A stretch of DNA of 46,206 nucleotides from Lachnospiraceae bacterium (GTDB lineage Bacteria > Bacillota > Clostridia > Lachnospirales > Lachnospiraceae), in the NCBI GenBank assembly GCA_014804285.1, contig JAAVAA010000069.1:47276-93481 (forward strand). Reading direction: 5' to 3'. Positions 27,125 to 37,553 of the stretch are shown piece after piece (the first letter of the stretch is position 1; every line of letters starts with the position of its first letter). The notes under the pieces were generated by a model. The model worked only from the letters and a program-made list of their open reading frames with translations. It did no database searches and was not told the origin of the DNA. Both the position numbers and the translations under genes were made by a program.

Positions 27125-27248
27125 TGCCCGAATAACCGTGACGGCATATAAACTATGCGGAAATATACCCTTGCAGAATGGGAGATAAACTTCTGTATCA
27201 CAGCGGAGACACCGCATATAAAAACAATGTGATGGAAAGGAAAGAGGA

Positions 27249-27854
27249 ATGGATTGGTTAAAAGAAATCTTAGGTGAGGAATTGTACAACCAGCTTGTGG
27301 CAGCGCTTAACACACATAACGGAAAGCCTGAAAACAAAGAGAAGCAGGTAAAGCTTGCTGATCTGGGGAAAGGTGAATATGTGTCAAAAGAAAAGTATTC
27401 AGCATTGGAGACAGATAAAGGAAACCTTGCTGAACAGCTTAAGACAGCGCAGGGGCTGATTGAGGAACTGAAAAAAGGGACCAGCAAAGATGAAGCCCTA
27501 CAGGGAAAGATCGGAGAATATGAAACTACAATTGCCACATTACAGAAGCAGTTAAATCAGGAAAAGCTTGACGCAGCAGTAAAGATTGCGCTTCTGGAAT
27601 CCAATTGCAAGGACGTGGATTATATCACTTTCAAGCTGAAAGAGAAAGGTGAACTTTCCCTTGATGATTCAGGAAAGGTGAAGGGCATGGAAGATAAGCT
27701 TGCAGCACTTAAAACGCAGTTCCCGGATCAATTTGTATCCAGTACTTCTACTAAGGTAGATGAAAAAAGGCTTCCGGAGTCTGACAGTAGCCGGACAGGT
27801 GAACCTAAGAATTTGGCGGAAGCGCTGAAAATGCAGTATGAAGACAATAAGTAA
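27249..27854 (+). CDS. Capsid scaffolding protein (GP20 family)
   Basis: MDWLKEILGEELY..YVSKEKY; coiled coil; precedes the capsid gene. Confidence 0.85.
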   Translation: MDWLKEILGEELYNQLVAALNTHNGKPENKEKQVKLADLGKGEYVSKEKYSALETDKGNLAEQLKTAQGLIEELKKGTSKDEALQGKIGEYETTIATLQKQLNQEKLDAAVKIALLESNCKDVDYITFKLKEKGELSLDDSGKVKGMEDKLAALKTQFPDQFVSSTSTKVDEKRLPESDSSRTGEPKNLAEALKMQYEDNK

Positions 27855-27880
27855 AAGAAAGGTTAAAAAGGTGAACGATT

Positions 27881-28912
27881 ATGGCAGCAATGACACTTGA
27901 AGAATTAAAGAAAGGCATGTCTGATAAGGTATTTGATAAGATTGTTGATATCTTCCTCAGACATTCCGATGTTTTGGCAGTATTGCCGTTTGATGATTGC
28001 GTAAGTGCATCTGGGGGAGGTTCTACCATGAAGTACAAATACATGAGAAAAGTACTCCCTGCTACTGCGCAGTTCCGGAAGCTGTACGGGTCTTATACGG
28101 CAAGTACTGCAACAAAGCAGGAATGTGAAGCAGCCCTTGCAATCATGGGCGGTGCAGTTCAGATGGACAGAGTGCTCAATAAAATTTCAGGGCGCTGGGA
28201 CAATCTGGCTTACCAGATCGAGGAGCACATCAAGGCAGTTATCAGTTTGTTCCATTATACGCTGATCAATGGCGATGCGGTAACAACTGCTGCAACGAAT
28301 GAACCGCAGTTTGAGGGGCTTGATTCCATGCTGGCAGGAACAACTACAGAGTACGGCACAGAAAAGTCTATTGACTTATCTACGATCACTAACCTGAAAA
28401 ACAATGCAGATGAGTTTTACGAAGCATTGATGTTGCTTGTGAAAGCTACTCAGGCAGATGCTCTCATGATGAATACCGACATGATCACAAAGATTCAGAC
28501 CGTTGCCCGTGTGCTTGGCTATAAGACGGAGACAGAGGAAGCTTTTGGCAAAAAGGTGGTATCTCTGGACGGTGTGCGCTTTATGGATATGCAGAATCAT
28601 TATACTGTTACCGGCTCCGGTACCAGTGCAGTAGCAACTGCAAATGCGGTTGTTAAAAAAGGGATTTCCCGGAAGATTGGCAGTGCAGAAACAGCAACCA
28701 CGGGCTTGACAGATATTTATGCGGTTAAGTTCGATGAAAATGACGGATTCCACGGGATCAGCCTGAATGGTTCAGCTGTCATTGAGAAGTATTTACCGGA
28801 TTTTTCGAAACCGGGAACGGTAAAAGATGCGGAAGTTGAAATGATTGCGGCAACAGTGCTTAAAAACACCCAGCACGCAGGCGTATTAAGAAATATTAAG
28901 ATTTCAGCGTAA
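27881..28912 (+). CDS. Major capsid protein
   Basis: Position, size, and MTLEE..LPFD..FEGL..AGVLRNIK pattern. Confidence 0.85.
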   Translation: MAAMTLEELKKGMSDKVFDKIVDIFLRHSDVLAVLPFDDCVSASGGGSTMKYKYMRKVLPATAQFRKLYGSYTASTATKQECEAALAIMGGAVQMDRVLNKISGRWDNLAYQIEEHIKAVISLFHYTLINGDAVTTAATNEPQFEGLDSMLAGTTTEYGTEKSIDLSTITNLKNNADEFYEALMLLVKATQADALMMNTDMITKIQTVARVLGYKTETEEAFGKKVVSLDGVRFMDMQNHYTVTGSGTSAVATANAVVKKGISRKIGSAETATTGLTDIYAVKFDENDGFHGISLNGSAVIEKYLPDFSKPGTVKDAEVEMIAATVLKNTQHAGVLRNIKISA

Positions 28913-28969
28913 GAGAAAGGGCGTCTGACAGGCGCCCTTCACTATTTAAGAAAGGAAAAGGTGGTTATT

Positions 28970-29287
28970 ATGGCAAAATCATCAACATTAGAAGAAAAGA
29001 TTGCAAAGGCAGAGGAAGAGGCACGCATGAAAGCTGAAGCAGAGGGGCTTGACGAAGCAGCTACACAGGAAGCAGTAAATGAAGCCGTGGCGAAGGTAAA
29101 AAAGACAGCTGAAAAGGCAGCAAAGGAAAAAAATCCTTCCTGGCTGGTAAAGGTAAAGAACAATCCTGATTTTTGCGGTATTGGCGCAGGCGGGGTTCAG
29201 TTTGCCGATGGACAGGCAACGGTCACATCAGAGAGAATGGCAGACTGGTTCACAGAGCATGACGGCTATGAAGTGATCAAGCGGTGA
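28970..29287 (+). CDS. Hypothetical head-associated protein
   Basis: Follows capsid gene; GVQFADGQA..GYEV. Confidence 0.6.
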   Translation: MAKSSTLEEKIAKAEEEARMKAEAEGLDEAATQEAVNEAVAKVKKTAEKAAKEKNPSWLVKVKNNPDFCGIGAGGVQFADGQATVTSERMADWFTEHDGYEVIKR

Positions 29288-29306
29288 GAGAAAGGCGGTG
29301 ATCCTG

Positions 29307-29834
29307 ATGGTGGTTAATATTGAAAAGCTTCTTTCAATGCCGGAATTTAAAGGTATGGACAAAGATGTCTTATCTGCAAAGCTTAAGGCTGTTGAAAATC
29401 TTATCAGGTCATACACCAATAATAATTTTCAAAACCGTACTATGAGGATAGAGGCCCCTGTCATTAATGGAATGATCCAGGGGCATTGTCCTTATTTCAG
29501 AGTGGGTGACACAGTCCAGATATCACAGTCCAAAGTAAATGACGGGCTATATGAGATCACAGAGATTACTGACACGGCAATCAAAGTAGATGGTGAAATC
29601 TATGATTTCCCTGTCAATATTGTTACGAAGGTGATTTATCCGCCTGATGTTCAAAAAGGTGTGGTTGACCTGATGATATGGGAAAAGGACAACCGGAAAA
29701 AGGTTGGAATTAAATCTGAGGAACTTTCACGGCACTCAGTAACATATTATGATCAGGATTCGAATAATCAGGTGATGGGATATCCGGTTTCCCTGCTTGG
29801 CTTTTTGAAGCCGTATGTGAAGCCCAGGTTCTGA
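29307..29834 (+). CDS. Head-tail adaptor/connector
   Basis: IRSYTNNNF..GIKSEELSRHSVTY..LKPY. Confidence 0.75.
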   Translation: MVVNIEKLLSMPEFKGMDKDVLSAKLKAVENLIRSYTNNNFQNRTMRIEAPVINGMIQGHCPYFRVGDTVQISQSKVNDGLYEITEITDTAIKVDGEIYDFPVNIVTKVIYPPDVQKGVVDLMIWEKDNRKKVGIKSEELSRHSVTYYDQDSNNQVMGYPVSLLGFLKPYVKPRF

Positions 29835-30199
29835 TGGGGAATATTGGTGGAAACAAGTCGGCTGTTATTCAGATTAAGAATGTAACACAAAATAAGATAG
29901 GTGAGCGTGAGCCGGATTATAAAGATGCACTTACGGACCTTATAGGGTGGCTGGATTTATCAGCCGGTGATTCTAAGCATTTGAACTATAATGCTAAAAT
30001 ACAGGAATCAACCCATGTCTTTCTGTGTGATTATTTTGAACTGAAATATAAGGTGGAAGGAAAACCGGACGTAAAGATCACACCTGAAAACAGCAGAATG
30101 ATAGTCGATGAAGATGTTTACGAAGTCATGTTGTATGATGATCCGATGGGTATGCATGAGCATCTTGAAATCTATCTGAAATATACAGGGGGCAGTTAA
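29834..30199 (+). CDS. Head closure protein
   Basis: Position; ESTHVF..YEV..DDPMG..HLEIYL. Confidence 0.7.
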   Translation: MGNIGGNKSAVIQIKNVTQNKIGEREPDYKDALTDLIGWLDLSAGDSKHLNYNAKIQESTHVFLCDYFELKYKVEGKPDVKITPENSRMIVDEDVYEVMLYDDPMGMHEHLEIYLKYTGGS

Positions 30200-30200
30200 T

Positions 30201-30617
30201 ATGGCAGTAGAATTCCAAGATAACCGTATAGAGGTAAAGGCGGCTATAAGCGGTGCTGTGACTGCCTTTTTGCATGAAGCTTGTGGAGAGCTGGAAGCCC
30301 AGACAAAACGAAACTCAAAGGTAAAGACCGGCCAGACTAAAGGCTCCTACGGATATGTTGTTGATGAAGCAGAGCTTACGGGATATGTAGGGTCGAATTA
30401 TGATAACGCTATCTGGGAAGAATTTGGAACTGGTGAGTATGCGCTAAATGGTGATGGGAGAAAAGGCGGCTGGCGTTATGTAGATGCGGAAGGAAAAGGT
30501 CATTTTACCTATGGCAAGAAGCCCCGGAGACCGCTTTTTAAGGCATTTACCGAATTAAGGGCAAGAATAATTGCAAAGGCTGAACAGATCATGAAAGAAA
30601 GGCTGGGATCAGAGTGA
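30201..30617 (+). CDS. HK97 gp10-like tail completion protein
   Basis: VKTG..VGS..A..EEFGTG..PRRPL. Confidence 0.8.
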   Translation: MAVEFQDNRIEVKAAISGAVTAFLHEACGELEAQTKRNSKVKTGQTKGSYGYVVDEAELTGYVGSNYDNAIWEEFGTGEYALNGDGRKGGWRYVDAEGKGHFTYGKKPRRPLFKAFTELRARIIAKAEQIMKERLGSE

Positions 30618-31009
30618 GCATTGAAGCACTTAGCATCATAAAAGATGCCATGGAAGAAATGAGATTGAATTATGCTTTTATGGAGTACGTGGTTGAAGGC
30701 GATGAAACTCTACCCAAGACTTATTTTGTCGGTGAATACCAGGAATTGGAGCCTGTAAATGAAGACGGGGAAGAGGATACAGTATTTATTCTGACTGGAT
30801 TTTCACGGGAAAAGTGGATTCAGTTGGAAGAGGCAAAAGGAAAGATTAAGAAATACTTTCCAAAGACAACAGGGAAAACGGCTGTCACGGAATCGGGTTC
30901 AGTGATAGCTATTTTTTATGCCAATAGTTTACCGTTCCCCGTAGAGGACGATGAACTGAAAAAGATACAAATTAATTTAACAGTCAAGGAATGGAAGGTG
31001 GAAGAATGA
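30614..31009 (+). CDS. Tail terminator-like protein
   Basis: Position before the major tail gene. Confidence 0.6.
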   Translation: MSIEALSIIKDAMEEMRLNYAFMEYVVEGDETLPKTYFVGEYQELEPVNEDGEEDTVFILTGFSREKWIQLEEAKGKIKKYFPKTTGKTAVTESGSVIAIFYANSLPFPVEDDELKKIQINLTVKEWKVEE

Positions 31010-31749
31010 GAAAATCAGGAATTAACAGTAATACCCCTAATGATTTTTTGCTTGGGGCAGGCGTTGTATTTAAAAATTTTAAATACCTGTACAAGAAATA
31101 TACTGGGGAGGAGCCCGAAGATACAAAAGAAATCAAGCTCAGCCAGGTAAAGGCAAAAGCATCTTTTATCGGCACAGAACAAGGTTATGAGCCTGTAGTT
31201 GGTGATTTCGTTACTGGGGCATGGGACGATTCCGAAGAAAATGTGCTTGGTGCTACCAGTGGAGGAAATAAGCTTTCTATTGTGCCGGAGATCACGCCGA
31301 TTGAAGTCGATGGTGCAGTTGTAGAAATTAAAGGCCTTAACCAGAAAACAGGGGAGACCGGGACAATTGAAGTAAATCTTGCGCAACATACAATGGAGTC
31401 TCTTAAACGTGCAATCGTGGGGAAAGAAGTCGATAGCCTGATTGCAGGATACAAGCAGATTCAGACAAAATCACTCATTGAACTGTCTGATTATCTGGAT
31501 AATATTGCCTACGTAGGCAGTATGACAGACGGAACAGAGGTCATTGTCATCATGGAAAATGCAATCTGCTCATCGGGGCTTGAAATGGATACGAAAAATA
31601 AGGAAACATCTGTTGTGAAGACAGTATTCAAATCTACTGCTGACTTTAACAGCGGAGTATATGATACACTTCCTGTTTACATTTTCTATCCGGACAAGAC
31701 AGAGCAGAAAGCAGCATCAAAGCAGATTTTAAAAATTGTTGAAGGGTAA
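31006..31749 (+). CDS. Major tail protein
   Basis: LLGAG..LGATSGG..IEVDG pattern; position. Confidence 0.78.
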   Translation: MRKSGINSNTPNDFLLGAGVVFKNFKYLYKKYTGEEPEDTKEIKLSQVKAKASFIGTEQGYEPVVGDFVTGAWDDSEENVLGATSGGNKLSIVPEITPIEVDGAVVEIKGLNQKTGETGTIEVNLAQHTMESLKRAIVGKEVDSLIAGYKQIQTKSLIELSDYLDNIAYVGSMTDGTEVIVIMENAICSSGLEMDTKNKETSVVKTVFKSTADFNSGVYDTLPVYIFYPDKTEQKAASKQILKIVEG

Positions 31750-31760
31750 GGGCTAAGGTT

Positions 31761-32189
31761 ATGGAGAAAAAGGAAGTAGAAGGGACATTGCAGGAGCCTC
31801 CTGTATCAGAAAATCAGGAAGCGGAAGAAATCATAGAGCGACCTTATACGCTGCGTAAACTGAAAGATCATGATTTATTCACGCTGCTTAAAATTTTAAA
31901 GAAAATCGGCATTAAGGATTGTAAGGAAGCATTCATTCAGGTTGCTTCCGGCGAAAAAACACTGAAACAGATCGGTATTATGGCTTCCTTTGACATAGCA
32001 GATATCCTGATCGGGAATCTGGCAAAGGTTGAAGAGGAAACCTATGAAATGTGGTCAGATATTTCAGGCATTCCGGTGGAAGAGATGAAAGATATGGAAT
32101 TCGGTACACTTCCGCTCATGATCATGGATACTTTTTCAGAGGCACGAAATACAAGTTTTTTCAGGGTGCTCTCCAAATTTCTTTCGTAG
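31761..32189 (+). CDS. Tail assembly chaperone G
   Basis: Between major tail and tape measure genes; slippery site near the 3' end. Confidence 0.75.
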   Translation: MEKKEVEGTLQEPPVSENQEAEEIIERPYTLRKLKDHDLFTLLKILKKIGIKDCKEAFIQVASGEKTLKQIGIMASFDIADILIGNLAKVEEETYEMWSDISGIPVEEMKDMEFGTLPLMIMDTFSEARNTSFFRVLSKFLS

Positions 32190-32518
32190 GTGAATTTGAA
32201 TTCATGGACTTGCTGTATTCCAGATACGCAAGTCCTGCTGAATTCATGAAATCTTATATTGAACAGGGCAGATTTGGGGAATTTGTAGCTAATATCCTTG
32301 AAATGGATATGAAGCGGAAAAAGGAAAACGCCCAAAAAGATGAAGATAATAAACTGTGGCTTGCATATATCCACAGTATGACCGATCAGTCATTCCAGGA
32401 TTGGAAAAAAGGACTGATGCAGAACCAAGAACCTGTATCCTATTCGATGTCGGATAAACAGGTTGATGCAGTGAAACAGCAGGCAAGGGGAATCTTGAAT
32501 AAGTTTTCCCCTGTATAA
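32156..32518 (+). CDS. Tail chaperone GT extension via -1 frameshift
   Basis: T TTT TTC at 32156-32162; the -1 frame is open to 32518. Confidence 0.65.
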   Translation, partial: FFQGALQISFVGEFEFMDLLYSRYASPAEFMKSYIEQGRFGEFVANILEMDMKRKKENAQKDEDNKLWLAYIHSMTDQSFQDWKKGLMQNQEPVSYSMSDKQVDAVKQQARGILNKFSPV

Positions 32519-32520
32519 TT

Positions 32521-32554
32521 AATGCACCGGTAAATTATTTATCGGTGCATTTTT
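32521..32554 (+). terminator. Intrinsic terminator before the tape measure gene
   Basis: AATGCACCGGTAAA..TTTATCGGTGCATT plus T-run. Confidence 0.6.
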
Positions 32555-32625
32555 AAGGCGCATATAAGGGAAGGGCTGGCTTGGAATCAGCTCTTCATTT
32601 ATTTCATAGAGAAGGGATCTTCATA

Positions 32626-35034
32626 ATGGAACTATTTAAGTTATTTGGAACAATAGCAGTCAAGAATACGGAAGCTAATAGTGCAATTGATCAAACAACG
32701 AATAAGGCACAGTCCTTTTCCCAGAAGTTGTCAGATAGGTTTGAAGATGTGGGGGCAAAGGCAACAAAGCTTGGAACAAAGTTGAGCCTTGGATTAACAG
32801 CACCAATTACCTTGATTGGAACAAAAGCCATACAGGCTACAGCTGATTTTGAGTCTGCCATGTCAGAAGTCGGTGCAATCTCAGGTGCAACGGGTGATGA
32901 TCTTGCAGCGTTAGAGAATAAGGCTAAAGAGATGGGGGAAACAACAAAGTTTTCTGCATCAGAGTCAGCCGAAGCCCTTAAATATATGGCTATGGCTGGT
33001 TGGAAAACATCTGACATGTTAGAGGGACTGGAAGGAATTATGAACCTTGTAGCAGCTTCTGGCGAAGATTTAGGAACTACATCTGATATTGTGACAGATG
33101 CACTGACCGCATTTGGAATGACTGCTTCAGATAGTGGACATTTTGCGGATATTCTGGCAACGGCATCTAGTAACGCAAACACAAATGTTTCAATGATGGG
33201 GGAAACCTTTAAATATGTTGCCCCCGTAGCAGGTGCACTAGGGTATAGTGCAGAAGATACAGCGGAAGCGATAGGGCTCATGGCGAATGCTGGTATTAAG
33301 TCATCACAGGCTGGTACTTCGTTGCGTAGTATCCTTACAAATCTTCAAGGGGAAGTTGAGTTTACTGGTGCGCAATTTGGGGAAATGACCATACAGACTA
33401 CAAATGCAGATGGCAGTATGCGCAGTCTTGGTGAAATACTTGGAGATTGCAGGACTGCATTTTCTATGATGTCAGAATCGGAAAAGGCATCGAATGCAGA
33501 AATGGTAGTTGGTAAGGAAGCCATGAGCGGTTTTTTGGCTATCATGAATGCTGCACCAGAAGATATTGATAAGCTCAATAATGCAATCAGTAATTGTGAT
33601 GGTTCAGCGAAAGAAATGGCAGATACAATGAATGATAATCTATCTGGTCAGATTACATTGCTCAAATCTCAGTTAGAAGGGCTTGCAATTCAGTTTGTAA
33701 CGCTTATCATGCCATATCTCAAGCAAGGAGTAGAGTGGCTTTCTAAAATTTGTGATTGGATAGCTGGTCTTGATGATGGCACTAAGAAGATGATTATAAC
33801 GGTAGCTGCGGTTCTGGCTGCTGCTGGTCCTGTACTGATCTTTTTTGGAAAAGTATCCAGTGGGATAGGTGAAATCATCAAAGTTGGTGGCTTATTGATT
33901 GGCGGCATCGGGAAACTATCACCTGCCATATCCGGAATAATGGGTATTGGTAGTAAGCTGATAGGCGGCATCGGTGGATTAATTGGGAAGGTCACTGGTG
34001 GTGGTGGTCTGATAGCTGCTTTGGGTGCAATCCCAGCCCCTGTATGGATTGTTATTGGTATATTTGCAGCTCTGGTGGCAGCAGGTGTCCTGATCTACAA
34101 AAATTGGGACGAAATTAAGGAATGGGCTGGGAAAGCTTGGGGGAAAATTACAGAAATAATCGGTGGAGCGGTTGATGGAATTAAAAATTTCTTTTCTGGA
34201 ATCATCGAAAAAGCCGAAGAATTGAAGGATAAGGTGGTTAACAAGGCAAAGGAATTAAAAGATGGAACTGTTGAAAAGTTCCATGAGCTGAAAGAGAAAA
34301 CTGCTGAAAAAATTGAGAACCTTAAAGAGAGCGCTTCCAATAAGTTTAATCAGCTTAAGGAAAGTGCAACTGAAAAGGTAAACAGCTTGAAGGAAAAAGC
34401 GGTATCCAAATTCCAGGAATTAAGGGATAAGGCATCTGAAAAAATTGACTCATTGAAAGAAAAAGGAATGACCGGATTTGAAGCATTAAAGACAGGAGCA
34501 CTTCAAAAGTTTGATAACCTAAAATCCGGTGTGACTGAAAAATTAGACGCAGTAAAGAGCTTTGTTTCAAATACCGTTCAAAAATTGAAAGACTTTTTTA
34601 AGTTTGATTGGAGTCTTCCTAAGATTAAACTGCCGCATTTTAGTATGGAAGGAAGCTTTTCACTGAATCCGCCATCTATACCGCATATAGGCGTTGAATG
34701 GTATAAGAAAGCTATGGACAATCCTCTTGTTATGGATAAGCCAACAGCGTTTGGAATCAATGCATCTGGCCAGATCATGGCAGGAGGGGAAGCAGGAAGC
34801 GAAGTGGTAAGTGGAACACAGACGCTGATGAATATGATTTCGGCAGCAGTAGCAGAAAATAATGATCAGTTATATGAAGTAATGAATAAGCTCTATAATT
34901 TATTGGTTGAATATCTTCCTGCACTTGCCAATATGCAAATGGTCCTTGATTCGGGTGTACTGGTGGGTGAGCTTGCACAGCCGATGAATGAAGAACTTGG
35001 GCGGATCACACATATGAGGGGGAGGCGGAATTGA
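32626..35034 (+). CDS. Tape measure protein (TP901 family)
   Basis: FESAMS.V.A, TKFSASE.AEA..YMAMAGW, MNDNLSG; 11-aa periodic repeats around 34210-34560. Confidence 0.93.
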   Translation: MELFKLFGTIAVKNTEANSAIDQTTNKAQSFSQKLSDRFEDVGAKATKLGTKLSLGLTAPITLIGTKAIQATADFESAMSEVGAISGATGDDLAALENKAKEMGETTKFSASESAEALKYMAMAGWKTSDMLEGLEGIMNLVAASGEDLGTTSDIVTDALTAFGMTASDSGHFADILATASSNANTNVSMMGETFKYVAPVAGALGYSAEDTAEAIGLMANAGIKSSQAGTSLRSILTNLQGEVEFTGAQFGEMTIQTTNADGSMRSLGEILGDCRTAFSMMSESEKASNAEMVVGKEAMSGFLAIMNAAPEDIDKLNNAISNCDGSAKEMADTMNDNLSGQITLLKSQLEGLAIQFVTLIMPYLKQGVEWLSKICDWIAGLDDGTKKMIITVAAVLAAAGPVLIFFGKVSSGIGEIIKVGGLLIGGIGKLSPAISGIMGIGSKLIGGIGGLIGKVTGGGGLIAALGAIPAPVWIVIGIFAALVAAGVLIYKNWDEIKEWAGKAWGKITEIIGGAVDGIKNFFSGIIEKAEELKDKVVNKAKELKDGTVEKFHELKEKTAEKIENLKESASNKFNQLKESATEKVNSLKEKAVSKFQELRDKASEKIDSLKEKGMTGFEALKTGALQKFDNLKSGVTEKLDAVKSFVSNTVQKLKDFFKFDWSLPKIKLPHFSMEGSFSLNPPSIPHIGVEWYKKAMDNPLVMDKPTAFGINASGQIMAGGEAGSEVVSGTQTLMNMISAAVAENNDQLYEVMNKLYNLLVEYLPALANMQMVLDSGVLVGELAQPMNEELGRITHMRGRRN

Positions 35035-35663
35035 TGATGCATGGTGCAATATTCGGAAATAAGCGCTCAAAAGAAGATTATGGAGCTGTCATGAACTATG
35101 CACGGATAACACCGCCTTCCGTAAAGGAAAATTATGTAGATATTGCCGGCGGTGATTCTTCCATAGATTTAACAGAAGCAGTGGGCGGTGTAGTGTTTGA
35201 TGATGGGAAGATCAGTTTTAAGTTCACACTATTTGATGTGGAACATAAAGAAAAAATGAAAAATGACCTGCATGGGAAAAGACTGAGAATAGTGCTGGAA
35301 AGGGAGCCTGACTTCTACTATGAAGGAAGACTTTCTTTTATCAGTGAATCACAGACCGGGAGTATCTATGAGCTATGCATGGAGGCAAGGGTAAATCCTT
35401 ATAAGATGGAAAATCAGATTACGATCCATGACGAAGAGGTGAAAGCAGCAAAGGAAATCATCATATTGAATGAGAGAATGCCGGCTATGCCGGTAATAAC
35501 GATCAGAGGAAATATCAATATAAGTTATGCTGGTATTAGTTTTTCCTTGAAAACAGGTATTTATGAGATACCGGAAATTACGTTCCGGGAAGGAATTAAC
35601 AGATTAAAGGTATCCGGGAATGGAAGTATCCGGATTGAATACAGAAAGGGGAGATTGATTTGA
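35031..35663 (+). CDS. Distal tail protein
   Basis: Follows TMP; IDLTEA..FYYEGR..PYK. Confidence 0.75.
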   Translation: MMMHGAIFGNKRSKEDYGAVMNYARITPPSVKENYVDIAGGDSSIDLTEAVGGVVFDDGKISFKFTLFDVEHKEKMKNDLHGKRLRIVLEREPDFYYEGRLSFISESQTGSIYELCMEARVNPYKMENQITIHDEEVKAAKEIIILNERMPAMPVITIRGNINISYAGISFSLKTGIYEIPEITFREGINRLKVSGNGSIRIEYRKGRLI

Positions 35664-37537
35664 TAATCATTAAAAATGGTGAAAGGCAGATCTATCACCC
35701 TCAGAACCCTAATCTGAAACTGATCAGTCCCAAACTTACCCTTGAAGACAATGCAGCCGGAAGCCTCACCTTCAAAATCTATGATAGCAATTTGAATTAC
35801 AGTACCATCAGAAAACTGTATCCGGTCGTGTCAGTGGCAAGAGACGGCGAAACCTTGTTTAAAGGAAGAGTAATCTCTGATAAGAAAGACTTTTACAATG
35901 GAAAATCGGTGGAAGTGGAGGGAAAGCTTGCTTTTTTCAATGACTCTTATATGGAACCCTTTTCCTTTTCTGGAAGTCCTGTAGATCTGTTTAAGATGAT
36001 CATAGAAAATCATAACGCTCAGGTGATGGAATGGCAGCAGTTTAAGGTCGGGAAGGTGACAGTAGTTGATCCGAATGATTACATCGTAAGGAGCAGCGAA
36101 AATGTTATTAATTCGTGGAACGCTTTAAAGGATAAATGCTTTAAATCTTCTTTAGGCGGTCATATCCGCATACGCTATGAAGATGATGGTGACTACATTG
36201 ACTGGCTGGACGATTATGAAACAGTATCGAAACAGAGCATTGAGTTTGCCAAAAATATGATTGATATGTCCTTGGAAGTAGATGCCACGGAAACTTATTC
36301 AGCGATCAGACCAATCGGAGCAGAGGTGGACGGTGTCAAGATTGATATTTCGTCTGTGAATGACGGGAAGCCCTATCTTGTGAATGAGGAAAAGGCTGCT
36401 GAATATGGGATCATTTTCGCGCCGGAAAACGAATCCACATGGGAAGACGTAACGTTGCCCCAAAATCTTCTTAAAAAGGCAAAAGATAAACTGTTCGGTT
36501 CCTTCATTACCTTGAATGAGACTTATGAGATTAAAGCGGTTGATCTGCATCTGACAGATGAAAAAATCGAAGCTTTAAATATCTGTGAATATGTACCGGT
36601 AATCAGCAGGCTGCACGGGATAAATGGAAATTATCTGCTAAGTAAAGCGGATATCAGTATCGCAGAACCGCAAAATTCCATTTTTTATCTTGGCTCTAGT
36701 AAAAGAGTGTTCAGTGATATGAACAGCGGTGGAACGGTGGTTGTTTCTACTCCCAAAAATATCAGTTCATTTAAGAATGATGCCGGGTATATTTCAGAAG
36801 AAAAGACAGAAGAAATCCTTTCTGACTATACCAAGACAGAAGATGTAGAAGAGATTGTCAGCAAGGCAGTATCACAGATACCCAGCGGAGAAAATGGTCT
36901 TTCTGCTTATGAAATTGCTGTGATTTATGGTTTTAATGGTACAGAAGCAGAATGGCTTGATTCCCTTAAGGGGGAAGACGGAGATCCCGGCATTACGCCA
37001 ACAATTGGCGAAAATGGGAATTGGTTCATTGGTGAAACAGATACCGGAATTCCCTGCAAAGGTGAAGATGGATTTGCTCCAACCATTGAGGTAGGTACCG
37101 TGACAACCGGCGATCCGGGGACACAGGCAACGGTAGAAGCAAGAGCAGGCGATTCTGAAACGGAAAAGGTTATATTTCTTGATTTTGTGATACCAAGAGG
37201 TGAAAAAGGAGATCCGGGAAGCTCCGGTGGAAGTGGTGATGGAAATCCTGAAACTGACCAAGATATTTTAAGTAAATTAAATGAAATTATAGATAGGGTA
37301 GGTGGATTTTCATTTGGTTATACGGAAGATGGTAAGCCAGGATTCAAAGAACCCGGCAGTGAAATTTTTAGGTCATTTGGTTCAGAAAGTATGGAGGAAG
37401 AGATGTATAAAATAGCAACAAATATTCAGTTATACATGCAGCCGTTAATTTCTAATGTTGTTGCAGTAGAGGAAGAAATAAGTCCTGTTATTGCGGAAAG
37501 CGTACAAATTGAAGCAATAAGTGCAGAAATTTTATAA
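35660..37537 (+). CDS. Tail spike / baseplate hub protein with short collagen-like segments
   Basis: N-terminal prophage-tail-type domain; GLSAYEIAV..EWLDSLKG, GENGNWFIG, GEKGDPG. Confidence 0.78.
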   Translation: MIIIKNGERQIYHPQNPNLKLISPKLTLEDNAAGSLTFKIYDSNLNYSTIRKLYPVVSVARDGETLFKGRVISDKKDFYNGKSVEVEGKLAFFNDSYMEPFSFSGSPVDLFKMIIENHNAQVMEWQQFKVGKVTVVDPNDYIVRSSENVINSWNALKDKCFKSSLGGHIRIRYEDDGDYIDWLDDYETVSKQSIEFAKNMIDMSLEVDATETYSAIRPIGAEVDGVKIDISSVNDGKPYLVNEEKAAEYGIIFAPENESTWEDVTLPQNLLKKAKDKLFGSFITLNETYEIKAVDLHLTDEKIEALNICEYVPVISRLHGINGNYLLSKADISIAEPQNSIFYLGSSKRVFSDMNSGGTVVVSTPKNISSFKNDAGYISEEKTEEILSDYTKTEDVEEIVSKAVSQIPSGENGLSAYEIAVIYGFNGTEAEWLDSLKGEDGDPGITPTIGENGNWFIGETDTGIPCKGEDGFAPTIEVGTVTTGDPGTQATVEARAGDSETEKVIFLDFVIPRGEKGDPGSSGGSGDGNPETDQDILSKLNEIIDRVGGFSFGYTEDGKPGFKEPGSEIFRSFGSESMEEEMYKIATNIQLYMQPLISNVVAVEEEISPVIAESVQIEAISAEIL

Positions 37538-37553
37538 AGGGGGGATAAAAGAA

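Noticed and set aside
34210-34560. 11-aa periodic repeats as a novel element
   Set aside because: Ordinary tape-measure periodicity
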